Notes under the pieces: generated by a model
Told to the model about the DNA's origin: nothing
The model's input: only the letters and a program-made list of their open reading frames with translations
Databases searched by the model: none
Program-made: the position numbers and the translations under genes
Assembly (NCBI GenBank): GCA_965222375.1
Contig: CBDCTZ010000013.1
Span: 416,001-480,000 of the forward strand
Reading direction: 5' to 3'
DNA from: Polyangiaceae bacterium
GTDB taxonomy: Bacteria > Myxococcota_A > Polyangia > Polyangiales > Polyangiaceae
Length of the DNA: 64,000 bases
Part shown: in pieces, positions 19,497 to 29,711 of the stretch
Layout: each line of letters starts with the position of its first letter
Position numbering within the stretch: the first letter of the stretch is position 1

Positions 19497-20458
19497 GCGA
19501 TCTTGCCCTCGACCAAGCCTTCAGCATCGGGATGGGAGAGACGCCCGTTCGCTTTCCGACCCCCCTGGACCGGCTAATTCACCTGCGGACGCTCCCTAAC
19601 CTTGGCGGGCTGGAGGGCAGTGCGCTGACCTACATCGCAACCCATGCTGAGGAGCGGCACTTCGAGGTCGGGGATCACGTCTATCTCCCCGAAGAGCGCG
19701 TTACCGCAGTGCACTTCATCGTCGAGGGAAAGGTCCGGGTGGAGCAAGAGGGCGTGCACATCCTGGATGGCGAGCCACCGTATGCGATTGGCTTCATGCC
19801 GGTGCTGGCCTCCTCCGAAGTAGGGCAGAAAGCGCTGGTCGTCGAACCAACGGTAACTCTCGAGGTCTCCGCTGCGGACCTATTCGAGATCTTCGAAGAC
19901 GACTTCGCATTCCTCGAGAACGGCATCCGCCGAATCTCGGCGCAGTTCACCAAGGCGCAGGAGGAACTGGAGTGTCGAGGGCTGCTGGAGCGCAGCGAGC
20001 CCGAAGAGACTCCATATCCGACCAAACCCCTCGACCTCGTCGAGAGGCTCGAGCTGTTCCTCTCCGGGCCATTCGCGCTATCGAACCTCGAGCCACTCGT
20101 GCAGATGGTGCGGCTGGCGGAGGAGGTTCGATACGAACCCGGCGATGTGCTCTGGGAGCAGGGCGACGTTGCGACCTGGGGCCTGACCGTCGCGCACGGT
20201 GTGGTGAGCTGCGAGTCGAATGATCGCAGCTTTCGCATGGGTCCTGGATCCACCGTCGGCATCGGCGAAGCAAACGGCCAGCTACCGAGAAGCTACCGAG
20301 CTGTCGCGGAAACTCGAGTCGTTGGTTTGAAGCAGACCACCGAGGTGCTCCTCGACGTGCTGGAGGACAACCCCGAGATGGCGATGGGGATGCTTTCGTT
20401 TCTATCCCGTTTGATGCTGGATTTCTCGATCAGGCTCGCGCAGGCCAAGCACGCGTGA
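19493..20458 (+). CDS. Protein with two cyclic-nucleotide-binding (CAP/Crp-type) domains
   Basis: HFIVEGKVRV and YEPGDVLWEQGD...GPGSTVG...PRSYRAVAET; ATGA overlap with the transporter. Confidence 0.88.
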   Translation: MSDLALDQAFSIGMGETPVRFPTPLDRLIHLRTLPNLGGLEGSALTYIATHAEERHFEVGDHVYLPEERVTAVHFIVEGKVRVEQEGVHILDGEPPYAIGFMPVLASSEVGQKALVVEPTVTLEVSAADLFEIFEDDFAFLENGIRRISAQFTKAQEELECRGLLERSEPEETPYPTKPLDLVERLELFLSGPFALSNLEPLVQMVRLAEEVRYEPGDVLWEQGDVATWGLTVAHGVVSCESNDRSFRMGPGSTVGIGEANGQLPRSYRAVAETRVVGLKQTTEVLLDVLEDNPEMAMGMLSFLSRLMLDFSIRLAQAKHA

Positions 20459-20502
20459 CGCCAGACTTCGCGATCAGGCTCGCGCAGGCCAAGCACGCGT
20501 AG
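20420..20502 (+). repeat. Near-tandem duplication of the last 13 codons of the cNMP gene
   Basis: 39-nt copies at 20420-20458 and 20464-20502 with an identical 30-bp core (20427-20456 = 20471-20500). Confidence 0.95.
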
Positions 20503-20979
20503 CACCGGCTCCAACGCGAGTCCACCGACATCGAAGAGCCCCGGAACACGTACACGTCTAGAGCCACTACTGCGCAGAGACGCACCTGGCGCGCGTTCCT
20601 GTCCTCATCGACCCAGAACGCGAGGGACCTGCTAACAGGGGCTTACTGTCCATCTTCGTTTCGGCTTTCCAGAGTCGGGCTCATCCCACGCGCCCGCCAC
20701 TCCGCGGACTCTCGGTTGTGCCTCGACACAAGCCCGCGTTCTACGCAGTACGGCGCAGCACTTCCGCGCCCCGCGCGACCTTCCCTCAGCTCGGTTTCTG
20801 GCGCTCCAGCGCAGCCCGAGAGCAGATGAGTCACTGAAAAACCCGAGGGATCGGGCGCGCTCCCAGCGACGAAGGAACGACTTCCTAGATCCCCCGGCCC
20901 TCTGGTACGTCTCAGTTCGCGCAGTTGTTGCAGCCGCGCGCGCGGTGCAGAGCGACGGAAAACAGGCGGGAGAAACGAA

Positions 20980-23310
20980 ATGGCGGACATGGCAGCAGCA
21001 CCTTCAGTCGTGCTCGTGGGTCGGCGGTTGCTTCACAACGAAAACCTGGGCGTGGCCTACTTGCGGTCGGCCCTCGAAGGCGCTGGCGCCAAGGTCACGA
21101 TCCACTACGTGAACGATGCGGCGGAGCTTGCCGTCGCTGCCCAAGGCATCCTCGAAGATCCGCCACAGGTCGTGGGGCTGTCTCTGGCTGACGGAGGCTC
21201 TGCTCTGGTCCCCCTGGCCTTGGGAGAGTTGCTCGACGAAGCAGGCTTCGCTGGGCACATCACGAGCGGCGGCCAATTCGCCACTCTTTCTCGAGAGTGG
21301 TTGCTTCAGCGCTACAGCTGGTTGGACAGCGTGGTGCGATTTGCCGGCGAGCGGCCACTCGTCGAGCTGGTCGAGCGCGTGGCAGCGGGCCTATCCGTCG
21401 AGGGCGTCGCCGGAGTGACCACTCGCGCCGGTGACGGCGGCCCTGCTCCCTTGCTCGATCCCCTGCCTCTGGCCACCCATCCCATTCATGACGACCTACC
21501 GGAGATCCTCGGCCACAAGGCAGCACACATGGCGGCATCCCGGGGTTGTTGGGCACGCTGCCAGTACTGCGGCCCCGCGGCATTGCACGCCCTGGAACGG
21601 GACGAAGGCCGTCGGGCGGCCATTCCCGCCAAACGACTCGCGGCTGCCGGAGTCGGCGGTCTACGGCGTCGTAGGCTCGACGTCGTTTGCGACGAGATGG
21701 CGCAGCTCTGGCACGAGCAGGGCGTGCGCTACTTCTACTTCGTCGACGAGCACCTGCTGCCCTACCAGGAACAAGACGCGCTCGCGTTCCTGCAGGAGTG
21801 GCAAGACGCACTGGCTGAGCGCGAGGTTGGGCGTTTTGGGATCGGCGGCATGCTTCGCGCCGATCGGCTCACTCCAGCGGTGGCCCGGGCCTTCGCGAGC
21901 CTGGGCATGGTTCGCGCGTTCATCGGTCTTGAAATCGCAAGCGCGGAAGAAGCGCGGCGCTTCGGGCGACGTCCGCCGACAGAAAAAGACCTCGAACTAC
22001 TGAGCGTGTTCGCAGAGGTCTCGGTGGCCACCGTGTCCAACTTGATGCTGCTCCACCCTTATTCGACGCCGGACACGATCCGCGCCGGCATCCAGTTACT
22101 CTCTCGCCTACCCCACGGCGTCTTCGAGGCAACGCGGATGATGGTCTACCACGGCACGCGTCTACACGAGCAGATGCTCGAAGAGGGTCGGCTGATCGGA
22201 AATCCGCTTCGTTACGGCTACACCTTCGAAGACCCGCGCATCGAACGCTTCGCGGAGATCTTCAGCCGCCTGCGTGGCGAGGCTTTCTACAACTACAGCT
22301 TGGCCTGCCGCACCCATGACACCCACTTGCTACTCGCGCTTGCGCATCGTCTATACTCCGACCGCGCTCCAAGTCGGGCTGTGGCTCGCCTCGAAAAGGC
22401 CCGGCGCGCGGTCAACGCACTGTACGTAAAGGCCTACACTGCCGCGCTTGACCTGGCTCTCGACGGCGGAGGGTTTGCGGACGCCGAACCTCTGGTGCGC
22501 GAGATGCGATTCCGCGGCCAAGCCATCGAGGCAGAGCTCGCCGCCGTTGGGGCCATCGCTGAACGTGAGCTGCCCGGGAAGGGCCGACTGCTTTCTCCAA
22601 TGCGCTCGGCCGCAGCTGGCGCAATATCCTTCTTTGTTCTCACGACTACAGGCTGCCCAAAGAGCCCCCAGAGCGCCGGAGCCGAGCCAACTCAGGCTGC
22701 GACTGCACAGCCCACCTCACCGCAAAGTGCCGGTCCCTTGGTCGTCATCGATCCGCCAGATGCCGGCGAGAGCCTCGACGCACAAGCGCCGGCAAGCAGC
22801 TGCCGGCAAGATCCTCGCCCCGTGCAAGCACGCATGAGTGAATTCTTGGCCCAGCAAGTCAGCTGTTTCTCCGGCAACGTCGTGTTCAGCCAAGGCAAGG
22901 CATCGGCACACCACTCAGCGGGTGCGGGCACGGGGCGTGGTGGCATTCTGACTCTATGCCGCAACACGAGCGCAACCCAAGGCATGGAAACACAAGTGGA
23001 AGCCGCTCTGAGTCAGCGACAGGCGCGCTGCATCGCCGAAGACGCCATACAGCAGAAACGCTTCAACCTCTCGATTCAAGGCGGGGCCCGAAGCGATTTG
23101 CAGGAGCTGGCGAACAAGATCCGCGCATCATGCCCTCCGAATACCGTCGACCGAGGGTTTCACATCGTACTCGACGCGTCTGGCAAGGTCGTGAAGGTCA
23201 AGTCTCGCTCCACGGTGCTCAGCCAATGTGTGAAGCGGGCGCTTCGCGGGCTCTCTTTCCCATGCTTGGCAAGCTTCGAAGTCTGTCCCGAATTCGTCAT
23301 CGTGGAATGA
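20980..23310 (+). CDS. B12-binding radical SAM protein with C-terminal signal-like segment and Cys-rich extension
   Basis: ENLGVAYL, VVGLS, GGQFAT (cobalamin-binding domain); SRGCWARCQYC (CxxxCxxC); YFVDEHL, FIGLE; extra ~236 aa from Met541. Confidence 0.9.
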   Translation: MADMAAAPSVVLVGRRLLHNENLGVAYLRSALEGAGAKVTIHYVNDAAELAVAAQGILEDPPQVVGLSLADGGSALVPLALGELLDEAGFAGHITSGGQFATLSREWLLQRYSWLDSVVRFAGERPLVELVERVAAGLSVEGVAGVTTRAGDGGPAPLLDPLPLATHPIHDDLPEILGHKAAHMAASRGCWARCQYCGPAALHALERDEGRRAAIPAKRLAAAGVGGLRRRRLDVVCDEMAQLWHEQGVRYFYFVDEHLLPYQEQDALAFLQEWQDALAEREVGRFGIGGMLRADRLTPAVARAFASLGMVRAFIGLEIASAEEARRFGRRPPTEKDLELLSVFAEVSVATVSNLMLLHPYSTPDTIRAGIQLLSRLPHGVFEATRMMVYHGTRLHEQMLEEGRLIGNPLRYGYTFEDPRIERFAEIFSRLRGEAFYNYSLACRTHDTHLLLALAHRLYSDRAPSRAVARLEKARRAVNALYVKAYTAALDLALDGGGFADAEPLVREMRFRGQAIEAELAAVGAIAERELPGKGRLLSPMRSAAAGAISFFVLTTTGCPKSPQSAGAEPTQAATAQPTSPQSAGPLVVIDPPDAGESLDAQAPASSCRQDPRPVQARMSEFLAQQVSCFSGNVVFSQGKASAHHSAGAGTGRGGILTLCRNTSATQGMETQVEAALSQRQARCIAEDAIQQKRFNLSIQGGARSDLQELANKIRASCPPNTVDRGFHIVLDASGKVVKVKSRSTVLSQCVKRALRGLSFPCLASFEVCPEFVIVE

Positions 23311-23321
23311 GCGCCTCCGCC

Positions 23322-23426
23322 GATTCGGGCTTGGTTCACACTGCACAGCTCGAGGGCCCGCTCTAATCCTCGAAGGCTCTCCTGGCGATCATCCCGGAAG
23401 ACCAAGATATTCTTGTGACGGGTCAT
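23322..23426 (-). pseudogene. N-terminal remnant of a universal stress protein
   Basis: MTRHKNILVFRDDRQESLRGLERALELCSVNQARI resembles the Usp beta1-alpha1 start, then runs into the antisense of the rSAM gene. Confidence 0.6.
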
Positions 23427-23583
23427 GACGCACCCGCGGGAGAAGGCGCAGAACTGCCAGCACAATCCAAGGTGGGGCGGCGAGGTCGCAATATTTGCAG
23501 CAGCCCGTCAGGCAGCGAAGCCAACTGAACCGAGCTCGCGACGACCGACTCCAAGGGTCTTGACGTTTCGGTGACTGGTACTC

Positions 23584-25989
23584 ATGGACAACAAGACACA
23601 CGTTCGGAATCTCCGCTGGGCGCAGAGCGAGGCCACCGACCACACGGGCTCTCGGGAGGACCCGGTGTATAATGGCCCGGGAGGGGCAATGGTTGCCAAA
23701 GCACGCACGCCGCTCGGGCGAGCACCAACAGAGGCACTCGTCATCGTCGACCCCAACGGGAACATTTGTTCGTGGGACCGGGCGGCGGAGAAGGTCTTTG
23801 GCTACACGGCAGCCGACATTGTGGGCCGGCCAGTCACCACGATCATCCCTGAGCGCTTCGGCGACAAGCGGATGCGTGGATTCGAGCGCTTTGCTCAAGC
23901 GGGGAAACGACCGACAGAAGAAGCCTTCGACTGGTACGGCTTGAGAAGAGATGGCAGCGAAGTGCCCATTGGGCTCGTGCTTGCTCCCCTGCGAGCGGAC
24001 GACAACTACGTCACCGCCATCGTTCGGCCGAGCGACGTGCTGAGACGAGAGCCGCAGCTCGAACCTCCAACGTCGGCGCCGCGGCCACAAACTGATAGCC
24101 TCATGTCTCGATTGCTCGACGCTATCACTGTAGGCGTTCTGGTACTGGATGCCGACGGGAGAATGCACTACGCGAACGAAGCGGCTTCCAAGTTGGGTAG
24201 CGGGGGAACGCTCCAAGCAGGTATTGGGTTCGAGGATCTCGTGCGCCGCCACCCAACCTATCGCTCAGGCACGACCGACCGCTATCCCGTCGACCAAATG
24301 CCCATCATGCGTGCGCTGCGTGGGGAGGTGTGCGAAGCGGAAGAAATGGAGGTTCGGGGCGATCTTCGCGGAACGATGCAGCTTCTCGTTTCGGCCTCTC
24401 CGATGGTAGACTCCCGCGGGAACGTTGAGTACGCGATCGCGACCTTTCAAGACGTCACCGCACAACGACGACTGGAAGCACAGGCTCGGCAAAGCCAGAA
24501 GATGGAGGCGGTCGGGCGCCTGGCAGGAGGCATCGCGCACGACTTCAATAACTTGCTGACGGCCATCCTCAGTTTCGCGGGGTTTGTCGCCGAAGAGCTG
24601 CGCGAAGAGGAGCAAGCCTACGAAGACCTGCAGCAGGTACTCAAGGCAGGGCGGCGCGCAGCCGATCTGACTCGGCAGCTGCTCACGTTCTCCCGCAAAC
24701 AGGTGGGTACCGTGGGCGCGCACGACCCGAATGTCCTCATTGAGGACGTACAACCGATGTTGCGGCGGCTCCTTGGCGAGCAAGTGGAGGTCGTCTACGA
24801 GCCGACCGAGGACGTTTGGCCCGTCTGCATCGATTCCGGCGAATTCGAGCAGCTGCTGGTAAATCTCGCTGTCAACGGTCGCGATGCCATGCCCAGCGGA
24901 GGCCAGCTGACGATCGAATCCCAGAATGTCACTCTCGAGACGGAGTGTCCCATTGTGCCGGGGGCTGCCGTACCGCCCGGTGACTTCGTCGTGGTAGCGG
25001 TGTCTGATACCGGGGTCGGCATGAGTCGGGAAACCCAAGCACTGATATTCGAGCCTTTCTTTACCACGAAGAAGGCAGGCGAAGGCACCGGCTTGGGGCT
25101 GGCGACGTGTTACGGCATCGTTCGCCAGGCAGGCGGCCACATCTCGGTGTATAGCGAGGTGGGCAGGGGAACCACGTTCAAGCTCTACTTCCCGCGTGCT
25201 GCCGAGCAGCGACCTCAGGCTACCCTAGAAGTAGACACCCCTCCGCAGCAGGGTACCGAAACGGTGCTTGTCGCTGAGGACGACGAACAGGTTCGCAGGT
25301 TGGCAGTGCGTTCACTCCGAAAACAGGGATATCAAGTATTGGCGGCGGAAAACGCCGGTACGGCACTGCTACACTGTGAGCAACACCCTGAGATCGCCCT
25401 GCTGGTCACCGATGTTGTCATGCCGCTGATGGATGGCAGTACCCTGGCGCGGCGTGTCGCCCGCGTTCTCCCCCAGATCAAAGTGCTCTACATGTCAGGC
25501 TACACGCCGAAGGCAATCCTCCACCAGGGAATCGAGCTGAGTGGGCCGGGATTCCTGCAGAAACCCTTCACGCCCGCGCTCTTGGCATCCCGGGTTCGCC
25601 GAATCCTGGATGAGCCCGGCCACCTAGCGGCAGAGACAGCTCCGCGGGACCGAGCACTCGTGATCGGCTGCGATCCGGACACGCTGGGAGTTCTGCGAGA
25701 TACCTTGGGCGAAACGGCGGAGCTCGTGCTCTCGGACCGGTGGCGGGAGGTCGATCGCTGCCTTTTTGCGGTCGTCGATCTAGATGCGCTAGGCGATGGA
25801 CCCCAAAAGAAGGAACTGATCGCGACGGCCGCTGCGCTGGGTGCGGTGTTTCTCGCTGAGGACCCTTCCGTGGTGACTAGCTCACCAGGTTGGGATAGGT
25901 GCCAGCCGATTCTGCGCAAACCCGTGACCGGTGCAGAGCTCACGGCTGTGATCGAAGGCGTCGTGCGAGCCCGTGCAAAAGACGATTGA
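23584..25989 (+). CDS. Hybrid sensor kinase PAS-PAS-HisKA-HATPase-REC with a degenerate second REC
   Basis: [57 protein letters not shown]; start may be 23689. Confidence 0.95.
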   Translation: MDNKTHVRNLRWAQSEATDHTGSREDPVYNGPGGAMVAKARTPLGRAPTEALVIVDPNGNICSWDRAAEKVFGYTAADIVGRPVTTIIPERFGDKRMRGFERFAQAGKRPTEEAFDWYGLRRDGSEVPIGLVLAPLRADDNYVTAIVRPSDVLRREPQLEPPTSAPRPQTDSLMSRLLDAITVGVLVLDADGRMHYANEAASKLGSGGTLQAGIGFEDLVRRHPTYRSGTTDRYPVDQMPIMRALRGEVCEAEEMEVRGDLRGTMQLLVSASPMVDSRGNVEYAIATFQDVTAQRRLEAQARQSQKMEAVGRLAGGIAHDFNNLLTAILSFAGFVAEELREEEQAYEDLQQVLKAGRRAADLTRQLLTFSRKQVGTVGAHDPNVLIEDVQPMLRRLLGEQVEVVYEPTEDVWPVCIDSGEFEQLLVNLAVNGRDAMPSGGQLTIESQNVTLETECPIVPGAAVPPGDFVVVAVSDTGVGMSRETQALIFEPFFTTKKAGEGTGLGLATCYGIVRQAGGHISVYSEVGRGTTFKLYFPRAAEQRPQATLEVDTPPQQGTETVLVAEDDEQVRRLAVRSLRKQGYQVLAAENAGTALLHCEQHPEIALLVTDVVMPLMDGSTLARRVARVLPQIKVLYMSGYTPKAILHQGIELSGPGFLQKPFTPALLASRVRRILDEPGHLAAETAPRDRALVIGCDPDTLGVLRDTLGETAELVLSDRWREVDRCLFAVVDLDALGDGPQKKELIATAAALGAVFLAEDPSVVTSSPGWDRCQPILRKPVTGAELTAVIEGVVRARAKDD

Positions 25990-26393
25990 TGTCGACAACA
26001 CTGACCTACGTCGAGGGCGGCGCCGGGGCGGTGCTGGAGGGGCACGGGATCGTCACCGGGGAGGAGTTGTGGCTGGCGGGCGAGGAAATCTACTCGGAAG
26101 AGCGTATCGACACCCTCGTGTATCAGCTCGTCGATTTCACCCGAGCGGAGCGTTTCGACTTCGGAGCGGACGAGGTCCGAGCCATGGCGCGGCAAGATGT
26201 GGCGGCCGCCACACGCAACCCACGAATCATCATTGCCATCGCTGGGGACACGGACTTGATCTTTGGCCTGGCGCGTATCTGGGAGGCGCACGTCGGCGGA
26301 GTCTCCAAATTAGCTACGGCCGTGTGCCGCACGCGCGTAGAGGCTGAGGCCTGGATTGCAGCCAACCGTCCGGATCGCCTACCAGCTCCCTAG
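25989..26393 (+). CDS. STAS/SEC14 (SpoIIAA-like) domain protein
   Basis: QLVDFT, FGLARIW, EAEAWI pattern; TGATG coupling to the kinase. Confidence 0.75.
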   Translation: MSTTLTYVEGGAGAVLEGHGIVTGEELWLAGEEIYSEERIDTLVYQLVDFTRAERFDFGADEVRAMARQDVAAATRNPRIIIAIAGDTDLIFGLARIWEAHVGGVSKLATAVCRTRVEAEAWIAANRPDRLPAP

Positions 26394-26662
26394 CGGGCGC
26401 GCGCGCGGCTTGTTGGCAGCGTCGTCACCACTAGGGCAGGCATGACTCCTGCTTCATACGAGAGGAGACCGGAGCGCGCGCCGAAGTACCGCAACAGAAA
26501 AAGCACGGTCGCTACTCCGCCCATCTCTATCCCAGCGCCGGCATCACTTCATGATCGCTGAACCGAGGAGCTACTTCGACTCTGCCTATGCTGTGGCGCA
26601 AGGGACAATCGAGCTATGAAATCCCGCCGTTGCGTGGTTGTCCTTCTGCAGCCGGGCTCCTC

Positions 26663-27805
26663 CTAGCTGACTTCGGGCGTAAGGCGAACACATCGAACAA
26701 ACAGACAGGCCGCAGCTAGATTCGCTGCGACCGACAAGTAGACGACCGCTGACAGACCCATGCTGGCAACAAGAAATCCCGCGACTGCAGTTCCCAATGC
26801 ACCTCCGAACCCCTGGGCCGCAGGTGCCATGACAACGAACCGGCCGCTACCATCAGCCGCGCTGATTCCGGCGTATATGTAGGGTAATCCGTAGTTCCAA
26901 GCCGCGTTGACTGCGAACCATACGAGCGCAAAGGTCCATTCTGTTTCCAGATCGACTAGTAGCAGCGCGAAAACAGATTGGATTGCCATCGTCGCGACAA
27001 AGGGCAGGACCCGAGAATATCGATCCCCCTGCACGGATGCAGCCGCGGAGCCAACCAGGCTCGAAGCCATTCCCAGCGCCAGAATAAGACCGATATCAGT
27101 CTTTTCGAAGCCAGCCGCCACACCGATGCGCTCAGCGAACGCGTACAGTGAAACCACACCGAAGTACCACACGAACTGCGCGGCGAGCCCCCAATACACA
27201 GCTTGTGTCCTCGCTTCTGCGGAGCTGGCCGCGCGAAGTTCACGCCCAAGAGTGGGCGGTAGCCACAGTATTGCCGGAGCAGTGACGGCAATGAAGATGG
27301 CTGTAGGAACTGTAATGCCGGCGACACCCCAGCTAGCTTCGAGATATGGAAACGCGACCAGGCCAACCACCGCAAGCACGACCTGCGCCGCCACCAGAAA
27401 CGCGAAAGCGCGATCGGAGTTGCGGGCCTTGCCAAGTGCGGCAACGCCGATTGCAAACGCAACGCCTTCGCCGAACAAGCCGATGAACCCGCGTACTGCG
27501 ACGAATGTGCCGAACTCGGTCACCGCCGCCGATAGCAAATTGCCGACTACGCAAACGACTAGCGCCGCCGCCGCCATCTTGCGCCAGTTCACGCGGTGAA
27601 TCCAGATGACAGCAAAGGCGGCCGACAGACTCACACCCAGCACCTCGACGCCCATGAACGTGCCGATTTGCTCAAAACCGAAACCCAGACGGTCTGCAGC
27701 CGAACCCAACAAGATCGGGCTAATGTTGGGTGTAGAAAGGCCCACCGTTCCGAGCAGGATTGCGGCAAGTTGGGAGCTCGCCTGATTGAAGTCGCCACGT
27801 TTCAT
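26663..27805 (-). CDS. MFS transporter
   Basis: About 12 TM segments, FAERIG, DGSGRF; more A/T-ending codons than neighbouring genes. Confidence 0.9.
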   Translation of the reverse strand: MKRGDFNQASSQLAAILLGTVGLSTPNISPILLGSAADRLGFGFEQIGTFMGVEVLGVSLSAAFAVIWIHRVNWRKMAAAALVVCVVGNLLSAAVTEFGTFVAVRGFIGLFGEGVAFAIGVAALGKARNSDRAFAFLVAAQVVLAVVGLVAFPYLEASWGVAGITVPTAIFIAVTAPAILWLPPTLGRELRAASSAEARTQAVYWGLAAQFVWYFGVVSLYAFAERIGVAAGFEKTDIGLILALGMASSLVGSAAASVQGDRYSRVLPFVATMAIQSVFALLLVDLETEWTFALVWFAVNAAWNYGLPYIYAGISAADGSGRFVVMAPAAQGFGGALGTAVAGFLVASMGLSAVVYLSVAANLAAACLFVRCVRLTPEVS

Positions 27806-28263
27806 ATCGATCCCGATTTGCGCGGGCAGTCACATCCATGGTGAGCCAACTTAGTGGCACTGCCAGATTGACCTACGGATATCGTTCCGGCAATCCAGAG
27901 ACAACCATACTTGGGCATCTCCGATGGTGCCGCCATTTGTCTCGGGCAGTCACTAGGGTCATCAGCAGGGGGATTCATGTTGCACGATTCCGCCACGTCC
28001 CCGAGGCACTTGGACTACTTCGGAATTCAGCTCACGCGTAGCCGGCGGTCTGGAACCCGAGCAAGCAGGCCCAGGGCGCCAATGGTCATGACGGCGCTTT
28101 CTTCGTGGTGCCGGCTTGCTCTTTGCCGGGGGATGGTTCGACTGGTTCCTGGTGCGTAGGTCTTGATGGTAACCGTCCCTTGGGCGTGCCCCTCGTGCGG
28201 CCCGCCAGCGAAGCCTAGGCCGCGCTGGGTTCAGAGCCGCTGGTCGCGGCCAGACGAGGCCGC

Positions 28264-28512
28264 CCCACTCTAGCGGATGCCCTTGCAGGGCCAGCCATCA
28301 CCCAATGGCCGCAAGGGTCCATCCTCGCCAAGGACGGCTACAGCGGAGACCAGCTCAGACTGATCGCCGTGATGGAGAAGCGCAGCGACGGCTGGTATTG
28401 GGCTGAATTCGATGCCGCCGGAAATCCCGATTTCTCCGGCAAGCCCAAGATCTGCACGGACTGTCACAGCGTCGGCGACGACTTCGTGCGCGCGTTCGAG
28501 TTTCCGCAGTAG
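28264..28512 (+). pseudogene. 5'-truncated cytochrome P460-like c-type cytochrome (not in ORF track)
   Basis: Own translation: PTLADALAG...WPQGSILAKDGY...IAVMEKRSDGWYWAEF...ICTDCHSVGDDFVRAFEFPQ*; in-frame TAG upstream at 28216-28218; no signal peptide. Confidence 0.78.
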
Positions 28513-28658
28513 AGTAGCCACGCCTGTGGACAGCAAGCACTGCATGGCGTCGTTCGGCGCGGCCTGCGACCCGGGCGGCTTGCAGGCATCGGGCTGACGA
28601 TGTTCGTGACCCCAACCCGGAGTTGAGCACGGGAGGCTGCGCAGCAAGGTCGCACGCC

Positions 28659-29701
28659 ATGGAAACTGCTACACTCGAAATCACCGTGCAGCATAAACAG
28701 CCGCTGCTCTATCTGCACACCCAGTACGGCTGGGGGATTATTGCGCTGGTCGTGACCGTCACCACGTTGGTGCTGGCGCTGCTCCTCCGCGCTGAGCTGT
28801 ACTTTCTGGTGCTGGTCGTGGGCGTGATTCTCACCGTCGTTCTGATGAGCTTTGGGGCGCTCACAGTCAGCGTCAGCAGCGAGGAGCTCCGCTTACGCTT
28901 TGGTATTGGATTGATCCGCAAGCGCATACCGCTGAGTCAGATCCGAAGCTACCAGGTCGTCCAAAACAAGTGGTGGTACGGCTGGGGGATCCGCATCACA
29001 CCCCATGGCACGCTGTGGAACGTGTCGGGACTTGGCGCCGTCGAACTGCTACTCGACGGACCCAAGAAGTTTCGCATCGGCACCGATGAACCCGAAGCCT
29101 TGCAGCGTGCACTGGAGCGCCTGGCGGGAAAGGCAAAGCCCTCGCGGCCCGAGGACGAAGCCGCCGCCGAGGGCCGCGCCAAGCGCATCTGGCTGATCGT
29201 GGTCGGGTTTGCCGTAGTGAGCCTCGTTGGGATCGGCGGGTTGCTGTGGGCGGAGAGTCGCCCACCGAAATCATCCGTGGACGCGGAGGGCCTCCATGTC
29301 TCGAGCGCTCCCTACTCAGCCGACATCTCCCTGGAGGCGATGACGGAAGTGGCCCTCTTGCAGCGGCGCCTCGGATCCTGGCACGCACGAACGGCACTGC
29401 ACTGGGGCGGACTTTGCGCGGTCACTTCCGAGTGGACCGGCTCGGCGATGGTCAGCTCTTTCTCGAAGCGGGGCACCCACCCTACCTGCTGGTCAAGACC
29501 CACGACAGCTTCGTGATCGTCGGCTACGAGGATGAGGCGCGCACTCTCACCCTCCACCAGCTGCTGCAAGACCGGCTGGCCCGTAACGCGCTACGGTTCA
29601 ACACCCCTTTCCCTTTGATTCTAATCACGCTGAGGTCCAAAAGAGTCGGAGCGTCGCAGCGCTTCACGACCCCGCTAGCCTTCAGCCTCTGCTGGCGCTA
29701 G
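28659..29701 (+). pseudogene. Membrane protein with two bacterial PH-like domains, split by a one-base deletion
   Basis: WWYGWGIR...LWNVSG...IGTDEP domain; near 29360 the protein-like reading continues in the -1 frame (PRILARTNG...LRGHFRV). Confidence 0.78.
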
Positions 29702-29711
29702 AAAGCCGCGC

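Noticed and set aside
20503..20979. Cobalamin riboswitch or RiPP precursor upstream of the B12 radical SAM gene
   Set aside because: No ordered GGGAA / GCCACTG / B12-box elements and no convincing small ORF with RBS seen; an Infernal scan would be needed to exclude it fully
27806..28260. Short ORFs upstream of the MFS, including a weak MYXO-CTERM-like tail
   Set aside because: No consistent frame or motif; treated as decayed sequence
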